Shown: positions 29,475 to 39,849 of the stretch, one piece after another
Layout of the letters: every line of letters begins with the position of its first letter
Numbering within the stretch: the stretch's first letter is position 1
Virus record (IMG/VR): IMGVR_UViG_3300025030_000051
Coordinates: 48,829 to 112,828 of that record
Length of the DNA stretch: 64,000 bases
Strand: one strand, 5' to 3'
Source of the DNA: a virus
Made by a program: the position numbers and the translations under genes
Notes under the pieces: model-generated
What the model was told of the DNA's origin: nothing
Seen by the model: only the letters and a program-made list of their open reading frames with translations
The model's database searches: none

Positions 29475-31028
29475 TTAAACAAAAATTAATGCTTGCTGGT
29501 ACCATAGTGGAAATAATTTTCTATTATTTTTATAGAAAAAAATAAAACTACTATCTAATATATATGTTTTGCACCAGTCATTTTCATTTCTTATAGATCT
29601 ACCACTGCTTTGAATTATTGTTTTTGCTGTCTCTAAAAGATACCAATCTTTAACTCTTTTCTTTTTTTCTACAATAAAATTATCACCAAGATTTGGAAAT
29701 GGTGTTTTAACTATAATTTGAAATCTTGACAGATCGTCGTATAAGTCAATACCTTCTGTCATTGATGGAGAAATTAAAATTGTTGGTTTATCACTTTTTA
29801 AATGTAACTCATACATTTCCATTCTATTGCTAGAATCGTGAGAAATAAATCTATTTGTCTTTACATTTTTTACAATATAATCAGCTATTTTATATGATGT
29901 ACAATGTATCAATCCTTTGTCTAATCTGTGTTCTGCAATTAATTTAGTTATTGCATTAGCTATTTTTGGTAAATTATTATCAATATCCCTATAATTTAAA
30001 GATCCAACATTTACTGAAAATACAGTTCTGTTTTCTTTTTTAAATGGTGAATCTAATGATAAGAATTCAGTTTCTTCTACTGATATTCCTATATTTCTAC
30101 AATATATTTCTTTATCTAATATAGTTCCACTCATTAATAATATTTTTTCACCTACACAAAATAGTTGTTTATGAGAATATTTAGAAGAAAATAACGGTTT
30201 TAATGAAAGTTCATCTTCTTCTTTATTTACACTCAATATCCATTCATCTTTATTAAATCTTGATACACATCTGTCTAATTGTTTAATATACCTTTCAATA
30301 TTATTTAATTGTTTTAATAAATTTTTATTTTTTATTAACTGATCTTGACTTAAGTTTTTAATTTTTTGGTCTAAATAATCTTTTATTTTAACAAGATTTA
30401 TTATTAAATATTCTTTTATCCAAGAAAAAATTTCATCAATAGAGTGAATTTTATTTTTTGGCCATTCTAAATTGTAATTTTCTATATTATATTTATTTAT
30501 GTTTATGGAGATAAAATCTGAAATTGCAGCATCAATTGTGTGTGCCTCATCCACAACTAATAATTTTCTTTGCTTAATTTCATCTGAATATTCTATATGA
30601 TTTAAGAAAAAAGCAACATTAGTTAAAGATATTTTATTACTTAAAAAATTTCTTTTATCTTGTTGATAAATACATTGACAATATTTATTTTTAAAAACTT
30701 TATTTATTAATGATCCAAGTTGACATGAAACATATTTTCCAGGACATTCATAATGTTCTTTAGACCATATTGAAGATATAAAAGAAAAATCATTTTGATA
30801 TTGTTTTTGTAAAATTCTTTGAGGAGTTATAACCCATGCTTCATTTAAATATCTTGCAACTGTAATTGCAATAGCAGATTTGCCAGATCCGGGACTACCC
30901 TCAAGCAAAGCAAATCTTTTGTTTTTATTTATAAAAATATTTAAAATAAAATTAATAGCTTCTTCTTGTTGTGACCGTACCTTTTCAAAAGGAAAAAATT
31001 GCAACCAGTTTTTCTTAGTTATCATCAT
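29475..31028 (-). CDS. DinG/Rad3-like SF2 helicase
   Basis: GSGKS, DEAH, SGT, EGID, QSSGRSIR. Confidence 0.9.
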   Translation of the reverse strand: MMITKKNWLQFFPFEKVRSQQEEAINFILNIFINKNKRFALLEGSPGSGKSAIAITVARYLNEAWVITPQRILQKQYQNDFSFISSIWSKEHYECPGKYVSCQLGSLINKVFKNKYCQCIYQQDKRNFLSNKISLTNVAFFLNHIEYSDEIKQRKLLVVDEAHTIDAAISDFISININKYNIENYNLEWPKNKIHSIDEIFSWIKEYLIINLVKIKDYLDQKIKNLSQDQLIKNKNLLKQLNNIERYIKQLDRCVSRFNKDEWILSVNKEEDELSLKPLFSSKYSHKQLFCVGEKILLMSGTILDKEIYCRNIGISVEETEFLSLDSPFKKENRTVFSVNVGSLNYRDIDNNLPKIANAITKLIAEHRLDKGLIHCTSYKIADYIVKNVKTNRFISHDSSNRMEMYELHLKSDKPTILISPSMTEGIDLYDDLSRFQIIVKTPFPNLGDNFIVEKKKRVKDWYLLETAKTIIQSSGRSIRNENDWCKTYILDSSFIFFYKNNRKLFPLWYQQALIFV

Positions 31029-31719
31029 TTAATTTTAATCTATTTTTAGCAATGTTTATCCATGTTTTGTCATTATCACATAATAAAAAACGACGATTTA
31101 AATTTTGACAAGCTACACCAGTAGTACCACTACCACAAAAATAATCTAATATTAAATCATTTTCATCTGTTCTATTTTGAATAATATATTCTAATAATTT
31201 AATTGGCTTTTGTGTTGGATGACCAACATACTCTTTTGTAGAAAGTTTACCCTTAAAGTATGCTTTTACTCTTTTTTTAATTTTTATATTCTCATTTAAT
31301 TGTAATCTTGATTTTTCTGGATTTTCTTTGCTAAAATGTAAAATGAGTTCATGGATATTTCCCATTATATTTAAATTTCCAGAATTCATATCACCCTTAT
31401 CCCACACAAAATCTTGGTTATATTTAAATTTATTTTTTATAATATTGAATATCTTAACTAGCGAATCAAATCTTCCATGTATATAAAAACTCTTGTTTTC
31501 TTTTAATATTCTATAAGATGAATCTATTATTTTTACCCAATCTAAATTTTCAATAGAAGAATCATTATTTATTTTTGATTTTATGGCTTTTTTATTAAAT
31601 CCATAATTATAATTTATACCATAGGGCGGATCTATTATTATTAAATCAATAGAATTATCATCTATTAATTTCATTATTTCTAAACAATCTCCAAGATATA
31701 TTTTATTTATTTCTATCAT
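31015..31719 (-). CDS. Orphan N4/N6 DNA methyltransferase (beta class)
   Basis: DPPY, HPTQKP, DYFCGSGTT. Confidence 0.9.
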   Translation of the reverse strand: MIEINKIYLGDCLEIMKLIDDNSIDLIIIDPPYGINYNYGFNKKAIKSKINNDSSIENLDWVKIIDSSYRILKENKSFYIHGRFDSLVKIFNIIKNKFKYNQDFVWDKGDMNSGNLNIMGNIHELILHFSKENPEKSRLQLNENIKIKKRVKAYFKGKLSTKEYVGHPTQKPIKLLEYIIQNRTDENDLILDYFCGSGTTGVACQNLNRRFLLCDNDKTWINIAKNRLKLNDDN

Positions 31720-32118
31720 TTATTCTAAAAACAAATAAATTCCTAAAGCTAATAATGGTAATTTTAAATATTCAACTTTGTTTAAAATGCTTGATGAGTT
31801 GCTACCATTAAAACCTCTTAAATCTAGGGTTAAATCATATAAAATCCAATAAACAATAGCAGACAAGAATGTTCTTTTAGAAATATCTAATAAACTTTTA
31901 TCACTTGAAATTGCTATTGATATACCAAGATTTACTGCAGAAATATTTTCTATAAATTTAAATGTGTGCCACTGCTTATTTATTTGATAGGCTTTATCAA
32001 AATCTAAATTATATAAATTTCTTTCTTCTAGTTTTAATGATTCTGTATAACCACTTGAAATTGGATAAAATAACATTGATAACAAATACCATATTAAAGT
32101 AATCAAAATAATCCTCAA
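31720..32118 (-). CDS. Membrane protein
   Basis: Several hydrophobic segments. Confidence 0.5.
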   Translation of the reverse strand: MRIILITLIWYLLSMLFYPISSGYTESLKLEERNLYNLDFDKAYQINKQWHTFKFIENISAVNLGISIAISSDKSLLDISKRTFLSAIVYWILYDLTLDLRGFNGSNSSSILNKVEYLKLPLLALGIYLFLE

Positions 32119-32173
32119 TAATCAAAAATAATTTTTTCAACTAAAGATTTTTTATTTTTAAATTTAATGATTT

Positions 32174-32503
32174 TCATCTATTATCTCCACTTCCCTTTAA
32201 AACATCTCTATCTTTTCTATCAAATAATTTTTCTATATTTTCGATTGCCACTTCATTTAAATTAAATTCTAAATCAGAACATAAATTTGCAATATACCAT
32301 AAAACATCTCCACATTCTCTTTTTAATTGAATTAATTGTTCTTTCGTTAATTTTCCAGCATCATTATCTCTAATCCATTTGCCTATTTTTCCAGCAACTT
32401 CTCCTGTTTCTCCAGCTAATCCAAGAGCTGAATATATTATTTTAAATCTTTCGGGATATATTGCAGTTAATCGAGCACTTTTTTGATATTCATTAAATGT
32501 CAT
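32174..32503 (-). CDS. mazG: MazG-like nucleotide pyrophosphohydrolase
   Basis: LGLAGETGEV, ECGDVLWY, NIEKL, GSGDNR. Confidence 0.9.
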   Translation of the reverse strand: MTFNEYQKSARLTAIYPERFKIIYSALGLAGETGEVAGKIGKWIRDNDAGKLTKEQLIQLKRECGDVLWYIANLCSDLEFNLNEVAIENIEKLFDRKDRDVLKGSGDNR

Positions 32504-32681
32504 AAATTAAAACTCATTTTTATTAAAAATCATATTTAAAAAATTCTGCCATAACTGCCAATATCGCTTATATTTAATTGTATAAAAAAATCTTTTATAA
32601 TTTAAATACAATCTATACTTCCAATTATATTTTATTTTTTCTAATTCTTCTGGAGTTCTAACCCAGCCAGTAAAATCAACT

Positions 32682-33251
32682 TCATACATTTAATTTTCTA
32701 CTATATTTATTCCAAATTGTTAAATCATATTCTGCATACGACATATTTTCTTTTTCAGCTAAAGAAATTATAATTTTTTCTAATTCTAAATATTTACTTT
32801 TTGATGGTGTATTTTTTGGTACATCATGACCAAGAAATTTTAAGTGTTGTAATATATGAACATCAAGTCCACTTAATTTTTGATTTTTTCTACTATGTAA
32901 TAAAAAGCACCTTGAAGTTTTTAATCCAATTCCTTTAACTGATTCTAATTCTTTTATTGAACATTTTTTTAAATCTACATTTTTATTTATTAAATCAATA
33001 ATATATTTTGATTTATAATTATAACATCCAATACCCGATTCTTTTAATAAAACTTTTATTTGTTCAAGAGAATATTTTTTTAAAGAATTAAATGGTCCAT
33101 TTTTATAACCATCAATTTTATTTAATAATTTATCTAAAGATTTTGCTGTATTTTTAGCATTCTTACCAGCTACCAAAATCCAAAATATAATTGTTTCTTC
33201 TAATTGAAATTTAGTCTGATTATAATTTGTAATTTCTTGTGGATTAATCAT
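32682..33251 (-). CDS. HhH-GPD DNA glycosylase/AP lyase (8-oxoguanine glycosylase-like)
   Basis: VKGIGLKTSRCFL (HhH Lys), LDVHIL, DLTIW. Confidence 0.8.
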   Translation of the reverse strand: MINPQEITNYNQTKFQLEETIIFWILVAGKNAKNTAKSLDKLLNKIDGYKNGPFNSLKKYSLEQIKVLLKESGIGCYNYKSKYIIDLINKNVDLKKCSIKELESVKGIGLKTSRCFLLHSRKNQKLSGLDVHILQHLKFLGHDVPKNTPSKSKYLELEKIIISLAEKENMSYAEYDLTIWNKYSRKLNV

Positions 33252-33600
33252 TATTTTGGTCTATTATTAATTTTTTAATTATACCACCATGACATTCATT
33301 TTCTGAACTGCAAAAACAAACCAAATTAACTCCATTTTCTCTCTCAGCCCAAACTTTAATTCTATTTAATTCATTCACAATATTAGTATATTTTATTAAA
33401 TTTTGTTTATTCTCTAAAATATCATATAACCATTCTTTGTATTTTGAAATAGCCTCTTCTCTTGTTTTTACTTGAATTAAGACTTTAGTCTTATTTAATT
33501 TTAAATGAGTGTATATATTTCCCAATACTGAACCTCTTCCAATATAAATATCATTTATTTGAGGTACATGTTTATGTTTATTTACTATATTTATTTTCAT
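33244..33600 (-). CDS. DUF4326-like protein
   Basis: YIGRGSVLGN, LVCFC..CHG. Confidence 0.75.
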   Translation of the reverse strand: MKINIVNKHKHVPQINDIYIGRGSVLGNIYTHLKLNKTKVLIQVKTREEAISKYKEWLYDILENKQNLIKYTNIVNELNRIKVWAERENGVNLVCFCSSENECHGGIIKKLIIDQNND

Positions 33601-33679
33601 TCAGTTATTCAAAAATAATCATTTATATATCTAGAAATTCATTATATGATGTCTGTTTAAATAATTAAATATTATATTA

Positions 33680-34702
33680 TTATTTAATAGGACACGCACC
33701 AGTTTCACATTCTAAGTCATCCTTTAATTCTGATAAATCAACAGTTTTTTTATAAAGTTTATTAAAATCAATTTTGCTAATTAATTCTTCATATTTTTCT
33801 TTTGTAATTTCTTCATAAGGTGCTTGTTTAAATCCGTGTTCACTGTGAAGTAAAAAAGAAACTGATTTTATTGAATTTTTATAATTTTCTTTTAACCACA
33901 GTTGTATATTAGTTAGTTCTTCTTTTTTATAATAAACAGTACAACTAACAGCATTATCAGACCAAATTGTCTGCATTTTTTTTAATAATTCTAACTGTTT
34001 AATGGCATCAAAATCTTTTGTTAAAATTGCATTTTTATTAGATTTCATTGGAAATTCTACAATAACAGTATTTCTATCTAAACTTCCATCTAATTGAGTC
34101 ACATATTCAGTATTAAGTCCAGCATCTTTACATAAATTTACCAAACTATCGTTTGACGACATTCTTATTCTTCTAATATAATACTCAGAATATGCTGAGT
34201 GTAATCCTGGTGTGGTATTAGGAAGAAGACTTAAAGTACCAGAAGGCTTCAAACATGTTAATCTTATTGATTCATTCCAATTATTTTCTTTTGAATATTT
34301 TTTATCAAATTCTTCTATATAATCTGATATTTCATTAAGCCAATTAAGTTGCTCTTCAGTAGATTCACATATTCCAGTTATACCTATTCCAAGACGATTA
34401 TTTTTATGAACTATTTTATTTGTTTCTTCATGTAAATAATTCATGTTTGCAACATTTTTAGAAAATTTATATAATAAAATAACTATTTCTTTTAATTCTT
34501 CTTTTAATTTAATTCGAGGGAGAAATATTTCTGTTAAATTGCAACATTCTTTATTGGCAAGAAAAATTTCAACACAATTATGCACAAGTATATTATTAGC
34601 AAAAAAATTATGATTATTTTCAACACTAATATCATAAACATCTTCATTGGAAATAATTTCTATTTTTTTTATTTTAGTTTTAACAATCGTTCTTTTTTCC
34701 AT
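33680..34702 (-). CDS. nrdJ: Class II (B12) ribonucleotide reductase, C-terminal fragment preceded by a 42-aa IntC
   Basis: VYDISVENNHNFFANNILVHN|CVEI; CNLTE, KPSGT, CETGACPIK. Confidence 0.9.
   Translation of the reverse strand: MEKRTIVKTKIKKIEIISNEDVYDISVENNHNFFANNILVHNCVEIFLANKECCNLTEIFLPRIKLKEELKEIVILLYKFSKNVANMNYLHEETNKIVHKNNRLGIGITGICESTEEQLNWLNEISDYIEEFDKKYSKENNWNESIRLTCLKPSGTLSLLPNTTPGLHSAYSEYYIRRIRMSSNDSLVNLCKDAGLNTEYVTQLDGSLDRNTVIVEFPMKSNKNAILTKDFDAIKQLELLKKMQTIWSDNAVSCTVYYKKEELTNIQLWLKENYKNSIKSVSFLLHSEHGFKQAPYEEITKEKYEELISKIDFNKLYKKTVDLSELKDDLECETGACPIK
34577..34702 (-). mobile_element. Split intein C-fragment (NrdJ), 42 aa
   Basis: Block F VYDISV, block G HN followed by Cys+1. 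Confidence 0.9.
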
Positions 34703-34711
34703 TTTTTTAAT

Positions 34712-35086
34712 TCACTTCCATAAGTTGTATTTTCTTCTAAATAATTGTTTATATTTTCTATTAATATAACATTTATATTTTTTAATTTTTCTTTTAATAA
34801 AATTGTTTTCCAAATCATAATATTCTTTTAAAGATTTTTCAAAAATATTAAATTTAAACTTATTTTCTTCAATTAAACATTTAAGTATATAATCATTTTT
34901 ATATTTTAATCTCCTTTTACTTCCAAGTTTATTTTTATTAAAATATTTTATAAAATTTTCATTATTTTCTAAATCATCATATATTTTTGGCAATAAATTA
35001 TTTTTAATATTATTCATACCAATAACAGGTTTATAAAAAATATTATAGAGGGATATAATATTTTTTTGCAATTCTAATATATTCAA
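34712..35086 (-). CDS. Basic orphan protein inserted between the NrdJ intein halves
   Basis: 124 aa, GGAG RBS and TTG start; no nuclease motif recognised. Confidence 0.55.
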   Translation of the reverse strand: MNILELQKNIISLYNIFYKPVIGMNNIKNNLLPKIYDDLENNENFIKYFNKNKLGSKRRLKYKNDYILKCLIEENKFKFNIFEKSLKEYYDLENNFIKRKIKKYKCYINRKYKQLFRRKYNLWK

Positions 35087-35148
35087 AGTATTCTCCAGAT
35101 TAAAAACTAATACGGATTTATACCTATAAAATATTAGAAATTAAATTT

Positions 35149-36471
35149 TTAATTATTTTTTATTTGTATAATAATATCATTTTCACTCAAATTATTAGCC
35201 GCTATCCAGCCTCTGTTTTCTGTATAAACTTTATGATTTGGTGTTAGTTTTAATTCTGTATTATCTTCTAATATTAATTTTATAATATTTACATCTTTTC
35301 TTGTCAACTCAATCTGTCTTATATTATTATATTCTAATTTTTTATTATTTTCATTAAAAGTTAATATTTTGGGTTTATTTTTACATTTAATTAATTTATT
35401 TATTTTAATGTCACCAATTTCAGTAGTTATAAAAGTATCACCGGTTACGCAAGGATTTGCCCCATCAATTGAATTATCACGCTTTTTTCTTCCAAGCTTA
35501 CCAACTGCTCTTGCTAATTTTAAATTTACTAAACCATAAGGTTCACCATTACCATTATAACTATTCCAAAACTCTGGCATTAATTCGTCGTAATCATCTG
35601 CTGCAATACTATTATTTGACATTGCTCTCCAAGATGGTACATTTTCCATATCCCATCTTTTAGCTCTAAGATATAAAATATCATCTGGATCACCTATGGC
35701 CAACTCAGCGCTTCTCCTGACATTTCCACTTACAACTATCTGTCCAATAATATTAAAAACATCTAACACATCAATACTTCTTAATCTTTTGCCTTCTCTA
35801 TTTTTCAATATCGAACAAATATTTTGAATTCCAATATGTAATTCTTCAGGACCTGAAGAAACTCCACCAAAACCTTTTATTAATGCTCCTTTGCTTCTAA
35901 TTAAATCCAATGAATATGAAAATGATTTTCCGTTATTCATAAAAGCTTCTAAAACTTTTTTTAATAATTCAACCCAGCCCTCTCTTTTATCTGGAACTAT
36001 AAAGTCTGCATCTTTAGTATCTTCTCTATATATATTAATATTTTCTTTTATTTTTGGCAATTGATAAACATCTTCTTTTCTTACAGAAACTCCAACACCA
36101 CCTCCAAGCATTAATTCTTCCATACCAAAACAAAAATCTTCTATAGTTGATAATTTTGTAAACCAACAGTTTAATAAACTATCTCCCATGAATTTATCTA
36201 CTATTTTAGTTCCAAGTTGCCATAAAGCTCTACCAGATAAGCAACATTTTAAATTAAATATATAATCATATAATTTTACTAATTCATCGTCTGAAATTTT
36301 AAAATTATATTTTTTAATTGCACTTACGCATCTTTGAATTGTTTCATGCCATTCTTCAGTTATATCTTCATTTTCTTTTAATCTTGCATAAGTTCTTTTA
36401 TAAACTATATAACCAAGAATAGATCCTGGCCAGTTTTTATTTTCATATTTTTTATATAGATTATCTATCAA
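35149..36471 (-). CDS. nrdJ: Class II ribonucleotide reductase, N-terminal fragment ending in a 100-aa IntN
   Basis: GRALWQLG, LLNC, GGGVG, VRRSA, GANP|CVTGDT..TPNH. Confidence 0.9.
   Translation of the reverse strand: MIDNLYKKYENKNWPGSILGYIVYKRTYARLKENEDITEEWHETIQRCVSAIKKYNFKISDDELVKLYDYIFNLKCCLSGRALWQLGTKIVDKFMGDSLLNCWFTKLSTIEDFCFGMEELMLGGGVGVSVRKEDVYQLPKIKENINIYREDTKDADFIVPDKREGWVELLKKVLEAFMNNGKSFSYSLDLIRSKGALIKGFGGVSSGPEELHIGIQNICSILKNREGKRLRSIDVLDVFNIIGQIVVSGNVRRSAELAIGDPDDILYLRAKRWDMENVPSWRAMSNNSIAADDYDELMPEFWNSYNGNGEPYGLVNLKLARAVGKLGRKKRDNSIDGANPCVTGDTFITTEIGDIKINKLIKCKNKPKILTFNENNKKLEYNNIRQIELTRKDVNIIKLILEDNTELKLTPNHKVYTENRGWIAANNLSENDIIIQIKNN
35152..35451 (-). mobile_element. Split intein N-fragment (NrdJ), 100 aa
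   Basis: Block A CVTGDT, block B LTPNHKVY. Confidence 0.9.
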
Positions 36472-36720
36472 ATATTTTTTTCAATTAATAAATCAATAAG
36501 ATTGATTTTTGTGTGAGACACAAGTTTAAAATTTATTTTATTTTATTTCTTGATTTTTAAAATTAAGAAATTAGTTTAAACTAAATCAAAGCCAGTACAG
36601 ACAGTTTTTATAAACTGTTAAACAATATTAAATGTTAAAGGATAGAATTTCCCATTCAATACTTTTAATCAAGCCTTGATATATCTATTTATGTTCTCTT
36701 TTGAACTAACTAATACTTGA

Positions 36721-37167
36721 TTAAATATTTAGTGTAATATTAAAATTATTTAAAAATTGATATTCTCTATTTTTAATACTATATATATAATTATTTATTT
36801 CTTTAATTACTTTATTAATATTATTTTCTATTTCTTCATTAGTAAATCTTATTAAAAAATTTTTATAATATTGTTTTAGTTTTATTTCTCTTAAAGTATC
36901 TTTAATTTTTTGTTTATCATTTTCATGATATTTTCCATCAACTTCTATAAATAAATAATTTTTATATTTATCATTTTTTATAGGAATTGAAAAATCAGGT
37001 ATATAAAACTTATTTTTATAAGATCCTCTAGGGATAGCTCTTTGAAAGTAAAAAAATATATTTTCTTTTTCTAACTTACTTTTTAACAACATTTCAGCAT
37101 TTGTTGCATTTTTTTTTAATTTTTTAGAAAATTGTAAAGCTCTTTTTTTATTATTATTAAATTTCAT
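36721..37167 (-). CDS. Vsr/DUF559-like endonuclease
   Basis: TNAE, FQ, PDF, EVDGKYH, D..R, IRFTN. Confidence 0.85.
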   Translation of the reverse strand: MKFNNNKKRALQFSKKLKKNATNAEMLLKSKLEKENIFFYFQRAIPRGSYKNKFYIPDFSIPIKNDKYKNYLFIEVDGKYHENDKQKIKDTLREIKLKQYYKNFLIRFTNEEIENNINKVIKEINNYIYSIKNREYQFLNNFNITLNI

Positions 37168-37670
37168 TTAAATTTTTTATTTCTTTTAATTTGATTATTT
37201 AAGTGAAACTGTTCGTTTTCTAATTTATGTATTTTCCCTTTAGAAGGTCTACCAAATTTTTTTGATCTTTTTTTGGTTAATTTATATCTTTTAAAACTAT
37301 CATATCCTTTATAATTTTCTGTTTTTTCTTTTGAATCTATTAACAATCTTTTATAATTATTTAAACAATTATTTATCGTTTCTATAAAGTATTTTTGTTT
37401 ACTAAATATATCATTATTTGTAAATCTTAATATATTTTTTATTTTATTACTATATTCAATCATTAATGTTTCTTCTCTTAATTTATCTTTTTCTTTTTGT
37501 TCATTATGATATTCTCCATCTATTTCAATAACAGTCTTAATTTTAGGTATATAAAAATCTACTCTATATAGAATAAATATTTTTTGGAAAATAAATTTTA
37601 TTTTATTATCTTCTAATAATTTTTTTGCTATTAATTCAGCTTTAGTTGGATTTTTAATAGCCTCATTTTT
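37164..37670 (-). pseudogene. Second Vsr/DUF559-like endonuclease, 5' end frameshifted
   Basis: Frame upstream of the track ATG reads NPTKAE..FQK..VDFY..EIDGEYH..LRFTN; no in-frame start, break in the A-run near 37666. Confidence 0.7.
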
Positions 37671-37726
37671 CTATAAAATGATAATTTATTTATATTTTTC
37701 TTTTATTAATAAATATTATTTAAAAT

Positions 37727-38887
37727 TCAATTTTTATCTTTAAAATATTTTTCTTTTAATAATTTTTTTGTTAAGCTATTTCCATTCATTTTTTCATTCA
37801 GAATTTTACCTTGTAAACTATTACTTTCAAAAATTGATAACTTTCCGTTATTTACGTTAAACTGTGCTGGAAATCTAATTTTATCTACTCCGAATCTATT
37901 CTTAATAATAAAAATTCTTGCTGTTTTTGATTCACTGTCTATTTCTTTTCTTGATACTGAAAAAATAAAATCACCAATCATTATTTTAGAATAATCTTCA
38001 GATATTTGTTCTCCAACTATTACATCAGATTCAGCACCTGAACGATTAACTTGAGAAACTGTCCAAACTCCAGTATTAAAATCACCAGACATTCCTCTTA
38101 ATTCTTCATAAATATTTCCTATTTCTAATCTTTTATCTTTATAAAATCTTGGTGCCTTTAATAAATCACCATAATCAACTATAATTAAATCTGGTTTTAA
38201 TCCAAGTTGAATAGATCTTTCAATATGTGATGTTAAAGTATTTATTGTTGCTCTTTTTGGAGGATATTCTTTTACTAATAGTTTTCCTTTTTTTTCATTT
38301 AAATTATTTAGAGATTTTTCTATTTCAATTTCATTAAACTTTAATTCAGAAACATAAATATCTGTAAATCTAGAATAGTATCTTTTAGTTATCATTTCTT
38401 TACTTAATTCTAAAGTATAATGAAATACTATTTTTCCTTGTTTTAAAGCTTCAGTTCCTATATTGGCAAGTTGCCATGAATTATGAGATAGTATTTCATT
38501 ACTATAATAACAATTAACGTCATCTACTTCTAAATCAAATAATATTTGTTTTTTATGAATTATATATTGTTTTTTTAATGTAGTTATACCATTTTTAGTT
38601 TCAATAATATCATTATTATTTATATTTTTTACATATTTCCACTCATTATTTGCCATTATTCTATGTTTGGTTGATGTCTTTAGTGTTTTTCCATTACTAA
38701 AATAATTAATGACAACAAATTTATTTTTTATTGTGAATAATTTATTTATTTTTTTATATCCAAAGGGTGTTAAAACATTAATTTTAAATGGTAATATATA
38801 ATTTATTTCTTCATTGTAATTTAAATTACAATTTTTAAATAAATCTACAATCTTAACAGTTTCAGTTTTTTTTCTAAAATATATCAT
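37727..38887 (-). CDS. dnaB: Replicative helicase C-terminal fragment preceded by a 136-aa IntC
   Basis: TSTKH (block B), LFDLEV..SHN|SWQL; TLEL, IIVDY, SQVNR, KNRFG. Confidence 0.9.
   Translation of the reverse strand: MIYFRKKTETVKIVDLFKNCNLNYNEEINYILPFKINVLTPFGYKKINKLFTIKNKFVVINYFSNGKTLKTSTKHRIMANNEWKYVKNINNNDIIETKNGITTLKKQYIIHKKQILFDLEVDDVNCYYSNEILSHNSWQLANIGTEALKQGKIVFHYTLELSKEMITKRYYSRFTDIYVSELKFNEIEIEKSLNNLNEKKGKLLVKEYPPKRATINTLTSHIERSIQLGLKPDLIIVDYGDLLKAPRFYKDKRLEIGNIYEELRGMSGDFNTGVWTVSQVNRSGAESDVIVGEQISEDYSKIMIGDFIFSVSRKEIDSESKTARIFIIKNRFGVDKIRFPAQFNVNNGKLSIFESNSLQGKILNEKMNGNSLTKKLLKEKYFKDKN
38480..38887 (-). mobile_element. Atypical split intein C-fragment (DnaB), 136 aa
   Basis: Blocks B, F and G all in this fragment; HN then Ser+1. 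Confidence 0.85.
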
Positions 38888-39849
38888 TTTAAAAATTTCT
38901 TTATTTTTTTTATTATTTCACTTTTATTGTTATACCAATCATCTTCCCAAACAATCATTATTTTATAATTATTATTTTCTAATTTTTTTATTCTTTTTTT
39001 ATCATGTTCCCATATATCTTTTATTTTTTGTTTTGTCATCTTGTGTTTTTCTTCTCCATTTAAAAAATATTTAGGATTACAATGCCAAAAATCTCCAAAA
39101 AATTCTATTATCTTATTTTTATAAAGTATATCTACAGAATAAGCTCTTTCTTTATAAATTTTTATATCAACATTTGCCTTTGCTTTTATATTGAAATTTT
39201 CACATATATAATTATATAATTCAGCTTCACCCTTGCTTCTTGATACAATAAAATGTTTTGCCCATTTAGTAGCTCCAATATCTAATATTGTTTTACTAAG
39301 TGTAGAACTTATTTTTAATTTTGATATATCTGAATGGTTGTGATTTAAAAATTTAGATGATTTTTTACTATTTTTTGATTGAAGTTCACAAATAATGTTT
39401 TTTGCTTCTTTTTCAGAATAACCCTTTTTAAGCCAGTGTAGTATACTAAGTATACTTTTTTCTTTTTGAATAATTTCAATTTGTTTATTTGCTTCTTTTT
39501 CAGAATAACCCTTTTTAAGCCAATATTCTATATACCAGTTGCTATTTTGTTTTTGTGTTAAACTAACCATATTAGTGGCTTCTTTTTCAGAATAACCCTT
39601 TTTAAGCCAATATTGTGGTTTTCTATTTGTAATAACTTTTGTTTTAAACCACTTTTTAAATTCAGGATCTTTATACTTATCTCTTATTTTTTGTTTTGTT
39701 TCTTCTGTTAATTTTACTATTATTAATTTTAATTCTTTACCGTATTTTTCTTTATATTCATTTCCCCTCATGTTGTGTTTAAATTTTAAATGTGGGACTA
39801 AATTTTTCATTTTTCTATTACATATTTTACAAATTAATAGTTTTTCTAT
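38884..39849 (-). CDS. Free-standing Vsr-like homing endonuclease inside the fractured dnaB
   Basis: SKGE, VD, EFFGDFWH, VWEDDW; NUMOD3-like motifs; upstream in-frame C2H2 finger CKIC..H..H implies a start at ATA 39849. Confidence 0.8.
   Translation of the reverse strand: MEKLLICKICNRKMKNLVPHLKFKHNMRGNEYKEKYGKELKLIIVKLTEETKQKIRDKYKDPEFKKWFKTKVITNRKPQYWLKKGYSEKEATNMVSLTQKQNSNWYIEYWLKKGYSEKEANKQIEIIQKEKSILSILHWLKKGYSEKEAKNIICELQSKNSKKSSKFLNHNHSDISKLKISSTLSKTILDIGATKWAKHFIVSRSKGEAELYNYICENFNIKAKANVDIKIYKERAYSVDILYKNKIIEFFGDFWHCNPKYFLNGEEKHKMTKQKIKDIWEHDKKRIKKLENNNYKIMIVWEDDWYNNKSEIIKKIKKFLK
39404..39609 (-). repeat. Three identical 32-nt coding repeats (WLKKGYSEKEA), 87-nt period
   Basis: gcttctttttcagaataaccctttttaagcca at 39404, 39491 and 39578. 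Confidence 0.9.

Noticed and set aside
36472-36720. NrdR box or cobalamin riboswitch upstream of nrdJ
   Set aside because: Only short hairpins (e.g. 36601-36618); no convincing consensus
39404-39609. CRISPR mini-array
   Set aside because: Repeats are in-frame coding units of an ORF, spacers are 55 nt, and no cas operon or leader is visible
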